From: Octopus sinensis
Lineage: Eukaryota
NCBI RefSeq assembly: GCF_006345805.1
Contig: NC_043007.1
Location: forward strand, 1,488,001 to 1,552,000
DNA: 64,000 nucleotides
Direction of reading: 5' to 3'
The position numbers and the translations under genes are program-made. Position 1 is the first letter of the stretch; each line of letters starts with the position of its first letter. Below, piece after piece: positions 48,961 through 61,233 of this stretch. Under the pieces are notes generated by a model that was not told where the DNA came from, made no database searches, and saw only the letters and a list, made by a program, of their open reading frames with translations.

Positions 48961-51149
48961 TCTTGTATATATATGTGTATGTGTGTGTGTATAGATATAA
49001 CTGTGTATATATGTGCATATATATATATATGTGTGTATGTGTATACATATATGTATGTTTGAGTGCATGTGTATGTGTACATATAACTGTGTATATATGT
49101 ACATATATGTGTGTATATGTATGTGTATACATACATATATGCATGTATGTGTGTGTACATATAACTGTATATATGTGTGTGTATGTGTATACATACACAT
49201 GTATGTATATGTATGTGTATGTGTGTATGTTTGTGTGTGTGTGTGTATGTGCATGTGTGTATGTTTGTGTGTGTGTGTGTGTGGTTATTTAAGAAATGAA
49301 TGAAGAATAAGTAAAAAAAAATACCAATCTCAGATCACTCGCCTTAATATTTGTTTTTTTATTTAATCATATTTTTGTTGTTGTTGTAGACTTTACTGGG
49401 TTTCAGTGAGGGAAAAGAAGAGGATGCAAATCTGCTCCGTCTGATCTTTCATAGAATTGGTGGCATGCAGACACAGAATATGTAAACTGCGTAAAGATTG
49501 ATTGTATAAAGTTTCAGATTGTCAAGTTATAGAAAAATTGTTATACGATTAGATTCGGTTCGGTGTTTGTATCATGTTTTTCTCAGTATTGATCTTGGTA
49601 AGTTTAGCTGCTTTCATTTAAATATGTACATAAAGCTATTCCAACAGAGAATAAGTCTCCTCTTTAAATAGTTGGTGCCATTCTTTACTTTTGAATTGTA
49701 AAACTAAAGAAAATATGGCATTTACTTTTTTTTTTACCAGATTACAGAAGTAAAGTCTGTCTTGAAAACAGTACAAGTTAGATAACAGTCCTCATATTGT
49801 ATTAAATGTGTAAGCTATTGTTCATATCATTGACTAATACTTCTTCCTTGTTGTAGAGTTATTTCCAGCTATGTAAAGATTTTCAGTGCTCAATATATTA
49901 AATATAGCAGCACTACCATGATGGCTGTCATTTTTTAAAGCTGAACTAATATCCTCTGTTCACAACTCATCCCCTATCTCTAACCATCACTCAGCCTACC
50001 TTCTCTCAGTGCACTTATCTACACATCCACCTTTTCTGCTCTTCTACTATTCTGTATCATATTCCACCTTGAACCTGGACCTCACATCTCCTTATCTCTC
50101 TCTCTCTTGGTGGTCAAGCCATGCATTCACCTTCCCAGCAAGGCACCTGTTCCCTGTTTATCGTAGTTTCTTATCCCTTCATTCTATACTCCACTCAGTC
50201 AAGGGATCTTATCTTGTGGTGCGTGGGGACCTCATTGATGCGGGTGCCATGTAAAAACATCCAGTACACTCTGTAAAGTGGTTGGCATTTGGAAGGACAA
50301 CCAGTTATAGAGACCATGCCAAACCTGGTGCAGCCCTCTGGCTTGTCTGTTCATATATGGAAAAGGGGATTTTAAATGATGATAATGATGGCAGTGGTGT
50401 TGTTGTTGGCATTGCCAGCATTGGTGCCACCATTGTTGTTGTACCTGAGCAGTTTCCCTTGGCAATTTATTATCTTTTAAGTAGGCTGTTTCAGAACCGA
50501 CAGGTCACCTGCTGTCAGACTGGAAATAAACTCTGTCTCAGGAAGGAACTATTGGGGAGGGATGGGTTCCACTTAGTTTAAAAATACACAGTGGGTGCTG
50601 TATGTTATGTTGTTTGCCCCCACAACTTCATCAAGAGTTGAGGATGCTTTGCAAATGAAGCTTGTAGTGTGTCCAGCATCTTTATATTGCTGAAAGATGG
50701 TAAAAGGAAAGAAAGATAAGAGAAACACTGTTGAAAGCCATGAGTTTTAAATTTACAAAATGACAAGAAAAAGGAAAAGAAAAATTATGCAAAAAGAAGC
50801 AAAAAAAAAAACAGAAACCCATTTAGATTTACATATCTTGATTGTTTGTCTCTGTGGATTCCATGGGAATAGATGTGCTGCTGTTGATAGGACAGTTAAG
50901 ATGATGAGATAAGAACTGAAGGATGTTATTAGAAGCAATACGAACCAACACAACAAATGTTATAGCTTTCTAGCAGATATTTATAGGGTTGCCATTATCA
51001 GAGCTTTTAACAATTTGGAGTTTTAAACCCTTTAACACCAACAAACTCTAGAAAAAGAATATGCACACACGTGTGTGTGTGTATGTGCGTGTGTATATAT
51101 GCATATACACACACACGTGTGTGTGTATGTGCATGTGTATATATGCAGA

Positions 51150-51262
51150 TATCATCATCATCGTTTGACGTCCGTTTTTCCATGCTGGCATCAGTTGGAC
51201 GGTTCGACTGGGGTCTGGGAAACCAGGAGACTGCCCCAGCCTCCAGTCTGATCTGAGAACTT
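51150..51262 (-). mobile_element. RTE 3'-end copy
   Basis: ATCATCATCATCGTTTGACGTCCGTTTTTCCATGCTGGC. Confidence 0.8.
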
Positions 51263-51402
51263 TCTAGGTGCCATCCTGTGGTCATTTGTGACCAGAGGGG
51301 ATGGTCTTCTCTATGTGCATATACATACACATACATATACAAATATCATCATCTTCATCATTTAATATCTGTTTCTCATGCTGGCATATAACACACACAC
51401 TC

Positions 51403-51758
51403 AGTGAATGAGTGGCTGAGTGAGTGGATGACTGAGTGAGTGAGTTGGTGGGTGAGTGAGTGAATGAGGGAGTGAGTGGGTGGGTCAGTGAGTGAGTCAG
51501 TCAGTCAGTGAATGAGTGAGTGAGTGGATGAGTGAGAGTGAGGCAGTGGGTGAGTGAGTGAGGCAGTGAGTGAGTGAGTGAGTCAATGAATGAGTGAGTG
51601 AGGGGTGAGTGAGTGAGTGAGTGGGTGAGTGAGTGAATGAGGGAGTGAGTGGGTGGGTCAGTGAGTGAGTGATTGAGTCAGTCAGTGAATGAGTGAGTGA
51701 GTGGATGTGTGAGTGAGAGTGAACGAGTAAGTGAGTGAGTAAGTGAGTGAGTGAGTCA
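51403..51758. repeat. Degenerate (GAGT)n tetranucleotide repeat
   Basis: Seen directly. Confidence 0.93.
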
Positions 51759-52954
51759 GGCAGTCCGTCCGTCTGTCCATTTTCCCATAAAATCATCTAG
51801 GTAAAGTTAGATGAATATATTACTGAGGCAATGTTTTGTGGCCTGATCCCCTTCCTCTTACTCACCTTTACTGCTACTTATTTTATCAACCTGAAAGAAA
51901 TTAAAAAAAAAACCAAGTCAGTCCTTGCAGGACTTCAGTTCATAGTCACAGTTAAATATTGCATGGCATTTTTGCCTTACCCTCAGTTTTAGCTTCCATT
52001 CCGTTCTGCTTTGTGTCTTCAATAATCATATTTCTTGTGCAATTTATTTTCTTCTCTTGTAGCAGTGACACAGTTGGAAGCATTCTTCAATTAAATCGGG
52101 CTTTTTTATGTCTTCTACAGCAGTCGACTATTCTTCTGCACTGTACATACTTTAATTTTGGTGAACTACTGAACTTGTAAAGTGCATGCCAAAGTTTGGT
52201 ATCTTTATGAAGGATATTGAAATGAAAGCAATTGTATAGACATTGAAATTTCATTTCGTAGGCTGGCACGAAAACATTCTCTGTCGGATGTAAACAGAAA
52301 TGGAAAAATACTGATCAAGCATTGATTGAACAACAAGTGAGATAAATAAATATGTACAGAAAATCCATTGCCAGTCCGAAGCTGTCTCTTCTGGCCTTTC
52401 GCCATGCCACCGTGTGTCTGTGCTAATAATGAAAGCAACTGCTGGAGCATGTCCGTTAACAAAAATTAAAAAAAAAAAAGTTTAAAATTGTAAATGCTTT
52501 ATTAAAAGACAAAAACAAACAAAAAACGACAAGCAACACATGGTACCAGACAATCTAACCTGATAATCCTCGCATGATGTGGTATCAGTGCAGTGTTGTA
52601 GACGCTGCTAATTTAATACTTGTTCCGAGGAAGCTGCGCCTGTAATGCACTGTTGTGAATTCAATTAACTGCTTTGGCATCAACTCAACGAAGTGTTATT
52701 CTTTTCTTCATCAAAATTGACCTGCAGCTAGGAATTGGATGAAATATTAATGTTTGTGTGTGATTATTTTCATCTCATAAAGAAAAATAAATTGTGCATG
52801 CCTGTGCATGTCGTAACAGCTGCAGTTGTGCATATATGTGTGTGCATACGTGCATATTTTGTATGAAGTTTCATGAAGTCTGGTGCCCAAAAGGTAGTTT
52901 CCTTGGAGTGATATATAGTCTAGACCTGATAATTCTATTATGAAATTAAATATT

Positions 52955-53000
<46 letters not shown>

Positions 53001-53289
53001 TGTGTGTGTGTGTGTGTATTAATTACAATTTATCATCATCATTGTTTGATGTTCGCCTTCCATGCTGGCATGGGTTGTTGTTGTTGTTCTTAAGCAACAA
53101 GACGGGTAAGGGTGATTAGGTGATGGTCTAGGGCTTAGGGGCGGGAGACCCCAGACCTTGGAAGAAAAAAAACTTTGGTTGTCTTGTTGTAGTCGAGGGC
53201 ATCTTTGTTGATGCCCGACACCATTGGGAGGTGGCTCTCGAAGTCGCTGGAAATGGAAATCTCCAGGTCCAAATTCTTGAACAGCTGCT

Positions 53290-53758
53290 GGCATGGGTGG
53301 AATGGTTTGACAGGAGCTGACCAGGCTAAAGCCTGCGCCAGAAAGTCTGTGACTGTTTTAGCAGGATTTTTACAGCTGGATGCCCTTCCTATCACCAACT
53401 GCTCAGCAGAGTAGACTTAGTGCTTTTTACGTGGTACAAACACAAGTGAGGTCAGTTTTGGCAAGGTTTTTACAGCTGGATGCCCTTCCGAACACCAACC
53501 ACTTTACAGTGTGGACTGGGCGCTTTTAAGTGGCACCTGCACTGTCAGGGTCACCAAGTACTTGCAAAACAAAAAAAATAGTTTAAATGAATTACATGGC
53601 ACAAGCACAAGTGAGGTCAGTTTTGGCAAGGTTTTTATAGCTGGATGCCCTTCTGAACACGAACCACTTAACAGTGTGGCCTGGGGGCTTTTAAGTGGCA
53701 CCTGCACTGACAGAGTCACCAAGTACTTGCAAGACAAAAAAAAAAGCTTAAATAAATT
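53290..53758 (-). mobile_element. RTE-tail-related element with a 165 bp tandem duplication
   Basis: Units 53442-53593 and 53607-53758 are closely similar. Confidence 0.75.
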
Positions 53759-53844
53759 TCCCTCTTTGTACATTCAAAATGAATGTGACATACTTATTCC
53801 CATTGACTCCAATTGTCCTCTCAGTTGAATTTTAGAAAAAAATT

Positions 53845-54010
53845 TTTGTTGTCATAAGACGTTTGCCTTCCAAGCTCATGGTTCCAGGTTCAATCCCACT
53901 GCATGGTCCTCTGAACAAGGGTCTTCTATAGTCTTGGACCAACTATAGCCTTGACCCAACTAATGTCTTGTAAGTGGATTTGGTCAATGGAAACTGAAAG
54001 AAGCCTATTG
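53845..54010 (+). mobile_element. SINE family A, 5' half
   Basis: GGTTCCAGGTTCAATCCCACTG...GTGGATTTGG..GGAAACTGAAAGAAGCC. Confidence 0.7.
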
Positions 54011-54700
54011 AGTATCTCTGTGTGTATGTCTGTGTGTATGTGTGTGTGTGCATGCATGTGTGTGTTAGTCCTTGCCTTGGCAGCCCATGGTAGTTGTAAG
54101 CAAATGTTACTATCTTGGAAGTGGTGCCCTTCTCTTCTAAACTTCTGTGAAAACATGTCCGGTGATGGGGGAATACTAGCTTACTAGGAAACAGGTGGGG
54201 ATTGGTGACAGGAAGAGCATCCAGCTGTAGAAAATCTGCATCACCAGAATTCTGTCTGACCCATTCATGCATGGAAAATCTGAAATTGAAATTACGATGG
54301 TGATGATAGTAGTAGCAGGCTTTGCTGTGTAGGTCACTTTACAAGCCATCCATGTGGCATCTTGGTCAAATGTTTTCCACTGTAATCATTGGCTGGTTAT
54401 CAATTTGATAGATGAAAACTGAAAGAGGTCCCTTTATATATATATATATATATATATATAAATTAGAAAAAAAACACCTTTTATCAATTCAAAATGAACA
54501 ATTAAATTACACCATCTAGAAAATTACATATAATAGAAATATTAAAATAACAATAATATACCGATGATTAAGTAAATTGCAAAATAATAATAAAACATAT
54601 ATACTTGGTAGTATATATTATATTTTGTGAAATTTGATTTAGTATTTCTAAATTGAATTTTTCCCTCTAAGTTAGGAATAATATTCCCTCATATAATTAT

Positions 54701-54738
<38 letters not shown>

Positions 54739-55317
54739 TGTTTGTGTCTTCTTGTTTTTGACATTGTGTGATAGTTGTAAATGAGTTTCACCCTCATACA
54801 AGCAGTGTAGTTCATTTCCAGTCTTCCATGAAAACTGGTTTGGTCAAGGGGCGAAAGAAATATAAATTGTACTTGGAAACAGGTGGAAGTTGGCAACAAG
54901 AAGGGCATTCGACTGCAGGAAAGAAATCTACCTCAATGCAAGCCTGGGAAAGGGACCATTAAAACAAGCAATTGAAAACAATGGGTGCCATTTGTATAAT
55001 GGTGAGAGCTGTTGCATAATGTGAAGACAAGGAAACTCTAGCTCATACCCACAGACATGTCAGGCTTCTTTCAGTTTCTGGTTATTATTGGCCTTCGACA
55101 TAGCAGGAAACACTTCCCCATAGTACCCTGCTGTACAATCGAATCTGGAACCATGGAATTGGAGAAGAAACTTCATAACCGCTCTGCTGTGTCTGCAGTC
55201 AGAAAATACTTTTAAACATTGATGCAATTCTATTGAATAGAAGAATGATGGTCTTGGCTTATTTTTAGAAATTTTTTGGGGTTTTAATTATATGCTTTTG
55301 GTATATATATGTGTGTG

Positions 55318-55364
<47 letters not shown>

Positions 55365-55464
55365 AGTGAGTGTGCGTATGTGTGTATATATATATATATA
55401 TACTCTTTTACTTGTTGCAGCCATGTGGCTGAGGTCATGCTGTAGCACCACCATATGTGTATAT

Positions 55465-55521
<57 letters not shown>

Positions 55522-55603
55522 TTTTCTAGTTATATGTTTGAAGCTGTGTAAGTGTATGTGTGTGTTTGTGAGTGTGTGTGTTATACACGTGTGTATATAT
55601 TAA

Positions 55604-55665
<62 letters not shown>

Positions 55666-55689
55666 CATACATACATACATATATATATA

Positions 55690-55746
<57 letters not shown>

Positions 55747-56124
55747 ACCTTGTCTAGTTATATTTTGAAACTGTGAGCAGAGATAACTTCCAGGAAATTC
55801 TCTCAATATTTTTTTTCTTATTCCTACGTTAGAGTTGAATTTGTAAACATTTAAACAGCAACTATATATAACAAGGCCTTGCTTTTAAGCTTGTAAGGAA
55901 TATGACAGTTGTTTGCCACCCAAGTTCTTTAACTTACCTGCTTTGAGAACATACAGATGGCTTTTGTTTGAAAAGTATTCTGTTCTTGTCAGTAAACCTC
56001 ACAGGAGAATAAAGAAACATAAAAAAACCCACATACTTCAGGTTGGATTTAATCATATCATGCCACTTATGAGAATAAAACAGGATACGTTTCAAAATAA
56101 GCATTTTTAGCATTCTGGTTTTAA

Positions 56125-56270
56125 GGTAGGTACAGGTGTGACTGGGTGGTTGAGAAGCTTGCTTCCCAATCATAGGGTCTTGGGTTCAGTCCTATCATGT
56201 GGCACCTTAAGTGTCTTTTACTAATCTCCGGTAAGTGGATTGGTAAATGAAAACTGAAAGAAGCTTTTTG
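56125..56270 (+). mobile_element. SINE family A, 5' half
   Basis: Head and GGCACCTTAAGTGTCTT..GAAAACTGAAAGAAGC. Confidence 0.65.
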
Positions 56271-56281
56271 TCTATATATAA

Positions 56282-56318
<37 letters not shown>

Positions 56319-56333
56319 CAATACATAATATAA

Positions 56334-56429
<96 letters not shown>

Positions 56430-56644
56430 CATATATATATATATATATATATTATATTATCATCATCATTTAACACACACATACACATAATACATACGTT
56501 TACAGACACAAACTCACACACATGCACACACATGCATACATATATATGGTGGGCTTCTGCACAGTTTCACCGACAATACTGAACCTACGGCCACATAGTT
56601 GCAGAGAGAGCTTCTTAACCACACACCCATGCTTGTGGAGGGCT

Positions 56645-56850
56645 GTGTGTCAGAACTGTTAGCACGCCAGGCAAAATGCTTAGCAGTATTTCATCTGCCA
56701 CTACATTCTGAGTTCAAATTCCACCAAGGTCGACTTTGCCTTTCATCCTTTTGGGGTCGATAAATTATGTACCAGTTCAACACTTGGGTCGATGTAATGA
56801 ACTTATCCTCTCACCCCAAATTTCAGGCCTTGTGCCTTTAGTAGAAATGA
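56645..56850 (+). mobile_element. SINE family B
   Basis: GTTAGCACGCCAGGCAAAATGC...GCCTTTCATCCTTTTGGGGTCGATAAATT. Confidence 0.85.
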
Positions 56851-58872
56851 TTATGTCAATGAAATAGCTGAAATGGGGAATGTGTTATCTTTTAGGGTTC
56901 TAATTATTTTGTCAAATGTAATGCTTATCTGTTCACATTGTTTTGAATTAATTATGCATTATCTTTAAGATTGATAATGTGATTGTAAAGTTTTAGAATG
57001 ATATTGTAGAGTAGGTGAGAGAGTCCAGATCTGGCTGGTTTGAACGTAGAACAGGTATGATATTTCAGTTGGGTATGCCTGGTTTAGATGCCAAGGGGTA
57101 AAAAGCTTGTGCATTATTAAGATTGATAGAAAATGAAAAAGAAGCGAAACCAGAAAAAACTTGCATTTGATTAGAGACAGCATTACGGAATCATTAATAT
57201 GTACTCATGTATAAGAGTCAGCAATACTTTCTGTTTAAAAGCATGTGTATTTTAAGAGAAAAACGAATCAAAAACAATTAATTTAGAAGTTTGAATTTAA
57301 TTGGAAACAACATGGAAAAAAAAAAATGATATTAATTGTAAGATGTAATGATGTATTCGAGTCAGCAAAAATTATGGATTTCCTGTGTTTGCCACCACAG
57401 CAGTACTAATAACGAAAAGAAAATATTGTTAGTAAACAAGATTTTGTTTTCATTTTGTTATTTCTTATAAAGAATTGTGTTTTTTTTACATTTCCCATTT
57501 CTTTAGAATTGCACTGAAATTCTCTCCACTTTTACCAAATTATTTGAATTGCTTTAAATGTTAGAGTTGTTGTGAAACACTCCCCAGTTCAGAATTTGTG
57601 GTTGGTATGTGTGTTTTTGCTTTAGATTTCGAAGTGATTCACCACATTTGCGGTTTCATGGCTTTAAACTTATTTTCCGTGACTAATACTATAGGAGTTG
57701 TTATAATACGTGTTAAGAGACACTTGAGAGAATTACTAAACGGTGTGATATACTTTTGTGTGTAAGAGCGATAATTCTTTCCGGGTAATTTCAGTTCAGA
57801 AATAATTAAATGGAATAAAGAAGAGAAAAAATGTATCATAAATGACAGCATATAGCCACTGGCAATATGCAGGCATGGCTGTGTGGTTAAGAATTTCCCT
57901 GTCCAAAATCATAGTTAATATGATATTCTTGCCTTGAAAACAATACATTTTTAACTATGAGTTTGGCGCAAAGAAGTTTGGTAGATGTTGTGTCTGAGAC
58001 TCTATGAATTGCTTAGAATCATGTTGCCTGTGGTTTTGATAGAAACACAGGAATAATGAGGATGGTGAATAATGAAGGTTATGATGTGGTTTAATTGGGT
58101 TTGTGTCAGAGCAACAACAACAACAACAGCAACAGCAACAACAAAAGAACAATAATATAAAATAGGGATTCCTATGGTGATGATGATGGTAGTGAGCAAG
58201 AAGGAGACACGTATTTGGGATATGGAGAAAAATGTCTTTTGAGTAAATTCAAGTGATTGATTTTACTTTTCTGCATTTGGGTGGAACATGTTCTTGTTCT
58301 AAGGGGTGGTACTTGGTTCTGTACGAGGATGTTACTTAGGCAACCTAATTAATTCCAGGCAAAAAAAAGTGGTTAAGGATACTGAATAGGTCTTCATTCA
58401 ATGATGCTTTCGGTTACAGACAGATTTCCTTTGTGAAGAGAATATCGGTTGTCTGTTATATTCTACTCTGTTATAACAAAGTGAATGGCCTGAAAAATGA
58501 GAAGACAGGGAAGCTTGTTATGAATTGCTGAAGGGAATTAAATTACGTGAGGTGCAGAGGGGCTGGGGGACGCTGAAGAGAGAAAAAGGAAGTGGTAAGG
58601 ATGATTTGTGAACATGAAAGAATTATGAGATTTATGTAAAAGAAGCTTTTAAATTGCCGTTGTAAGGAGTGATGATATACTAAGGAATATTTTTTTATCC
58701 CCCGAATGACATCTCTGTTTAAAGAAAATGTAAAATAACCATTGAAAAATCTCAACTTATAATCTTTCCTTTTTTGCATTTTGATGTATTTCTATTTGAT
58801 GGATGAAATGCATCTTTTAAACACACACACACACACACACAGACAGACACACACATTTATATGTATATATAT

Positions 58873-59055
58873 AGTTAATCTAAACAAGAAAATACAGAAA
58901 AAAACACACCAACGCGAGGACGTGGAACAATTAAAGTATTATTTGACGCTCAGGAAAGAAGGGAAGGAGGGTTTAACGTTTCGAGCGGAGCTCTTCGTCG
59001 GAAACAAGGAGAAGGAAAGATCCCGAGAAGGGAAGACAGAGGAAAAAAATATTTT
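58873..59055 (-). mobile_element. Penelope-like element pLTR fragment next to (AT)n
   Basis: Pyrimidine-rich tract containing a minimal hammerhead, the architecture typical of PLE pseudo-LTRs. Confidence 0.6.
58971..59005 (-). ncRNA. Minimal type I hammerhead ribozyme (PLE type)
   Basis: Minus strand GUUU-CCGACGA-A-GAGC(UCC)GCUC-GAAAC-GUU-AAAC. Stem I GUUU/AAAC, stem II GAGC/GCUC, palindromic stem III AACGUU. Deviations are U4>C, an extra A, and a GUU cleavage triplet. Confidence 0.65.
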
Positions 59056-59334
59056 TGCTGGTGGTGCTCAAAAGATCACATGTTGAAATGTCTTCTACTA
59101 TAGCCTCAGGCTGACTAAAGCCTTGTGAGTGGATTTGGTAGAAGGAAACCGAAAGAAGCCCGTCGTATATATGTACAGCATTATATATACATGTTATTGT
59201 GATAATTGTGTACGTTTTAGGTGACATCTTGATGAAGAGGCAATTCTTTCATTTTATCATAATGATTAGTGTTATAGTGGCCGCTGTAGGACCCTAGCCC
59301 TTTAGATATCATGTGATTATTACTTGTGTTGGTA

Positions 59335-59515
59335 CTATGAAAAAAATGCATCCCAATCCACTCAGTTAAGTGGCTGGCATTAGCAAGGGCATCTAGTCAT
59401 AGAAACTGTACCAAAGTAGACATTAGTACATTATGTGGGGCACCAACTCATCAGGGCCTGTGGAACCACCCAAACCATGACAGCATGGAAATTAGATGTT
59501 AAACGATGATGATCA
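59335..59515 (+). mobile_element. Old RTE-tail copy
   Basis: GGCTGGCATTAGCAAGGGCATCTAG...CATGGAAATTAGATGTTAAACGATGATGAT. Confidence 0.7.
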
Positions 59516-60262
59516 TTAATTACTGCTAGTGCTTATTACTGTGGTAGTTCTCCTCTGCCTTTTGGTAAGAATTTCAATGATTTGAATACTTGTGTGGGTG
59601 TTCATTTATGCCAAAAACACATGTATATATATCAGTCTATCATATCGTATTTATTTTTCAAAATTATTATCTTAGTGAATTCTAAGACATGATTTCTTAT
59701 CTGCTCATAAATAATGCATCATCCTTCTCCTCATCATCATTACCAATATAAAGAACTAATATTCCATAAAGTTATTTCCTTAGTTTTACTATAATTTAGT
59801 GTTATGTTTTTAATAACCACCTTCACAGATTAATAACACTGTCCATCTTGCCTCTGCTGCTTTCTTCTTAATAGATATTTGTTTGATGGTTGTAGTGTTT
59901 TGTTTTTCATTTTCCCCTGGTACAAGACAAATTAATTGAGAAGATATCAACATTGTGATCTAGATAACTGGTTAACTTTAGTTACGATGACTTTGAATAT
60001 GGATTATTTTAGAATTGATGCTTTTCGGTTCGTCTTTGAACACTTGACAACATATTAAACGTCTAGAATACATTCATAATGTTTATGAATTTTCCATTTA
60101 ATAAATGGCTTACTATTGATACAAGATTCCCCTAGAGTCTTCAAGTAGAAAGGTTTTTATTTCATTTAAAATGCTGAAATATAACACACTGGATATGTAA
60201 TAGAATCACTACAACGAAATATATTTAAGAAGACTAATGTAATTAATAGAAGACCGTTAATG

Positions 60263-60317
<55 letters not shown>

Positions 60318-60337
60318 TAAACACTGAATGAACCTAT

Positions 60338-60548
60338 ACTCTTTTACTCTTTTACTTGTTTCAGTCATTCGACTGCGGCCATGCTGGAGCAACGCCTTTT
60401 GTCGAGCAAATCGACCCCGGGACTTATTCTTTTGTAAGCCCAGCACTTATTCTATCGGTCTCTTTTGCCGAACCGCTAGGTGACGGGGACATAAACACAC
60501 CAGCATCGGTTGTCAAGCAATGCTAGGGGGACAAACACAGACACACAA

Positions 60549-60641
<93 letters not shown>

Positions 60642-60805
60642 ACGACAGGCTTCTTTCAGTTTCCGTCAACCAAATCCACTCACAAGGCATTGGTCGGCCC
60701 GGGGCTATAGCAGAAGACACTTGCCCAAGATGCCACACAGTGGGACTGAACCCGGAACCATGTGGTTGGTTAGCAAGCTACTTACCACACAGCCACTCCT
60801 GCGCC
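60338..60805 (-). mobile_element. SINE family A, young, full length, CCTAT duplication
   Basis: Near-identical to 5044-5463. CCTAT at 60333-37 and 60804-08. Confidence 0.92.
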
Positions 60806-60874
60806 TATGTGCATTATTTTGTTAGAATATGTTAGAATATGTTTAAAAAAGACTAATGTAGTTAATAGAAGACC

Positions 60875-60914
<40 letters not shown>

Positions 60915-60917
<3 letters not shown>

Positions 60918-61233
60918 GGGAATGATAGTGAAAGGGGCTAATTGCTACCTAACTCAGATACCAGGAAACCCCAAAATGGCAGAAATTCAAAAGATAGTGC
61001 TCATGGGAACTGCTCATATCCTACGCAAAATGCTCTCTATGTAATCCCAAGGTTTAAAACAAACTTTTTTTTTTTAATGTATTAGCCATTCACTAGTACA
61101 ACACCAAAAAAAAAACCCAAATATATGGCACACTAGGCATAACAACAACATGAACTTCCAACCTGTTGTCTCTTGAGGTCTCTGGGTGAGACTTGGAGCC
61201 AGCTTGTGCAAATGTAAAGCAAAATTCAAACAG
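60915..61233 (+). mobile_element. R4/Dong-like (RLE-type) LINE 3' fragment inserted in (TAA)n
   Basis: GMIVKGANCYLTQIPGNPKMAEIQKIVLMGTAHILRKMLSM* resembles the R4-clade C-terminal LQK..LLGTA.ILR motif. (AAT)n lies on both sides. Confidence 0.7.
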
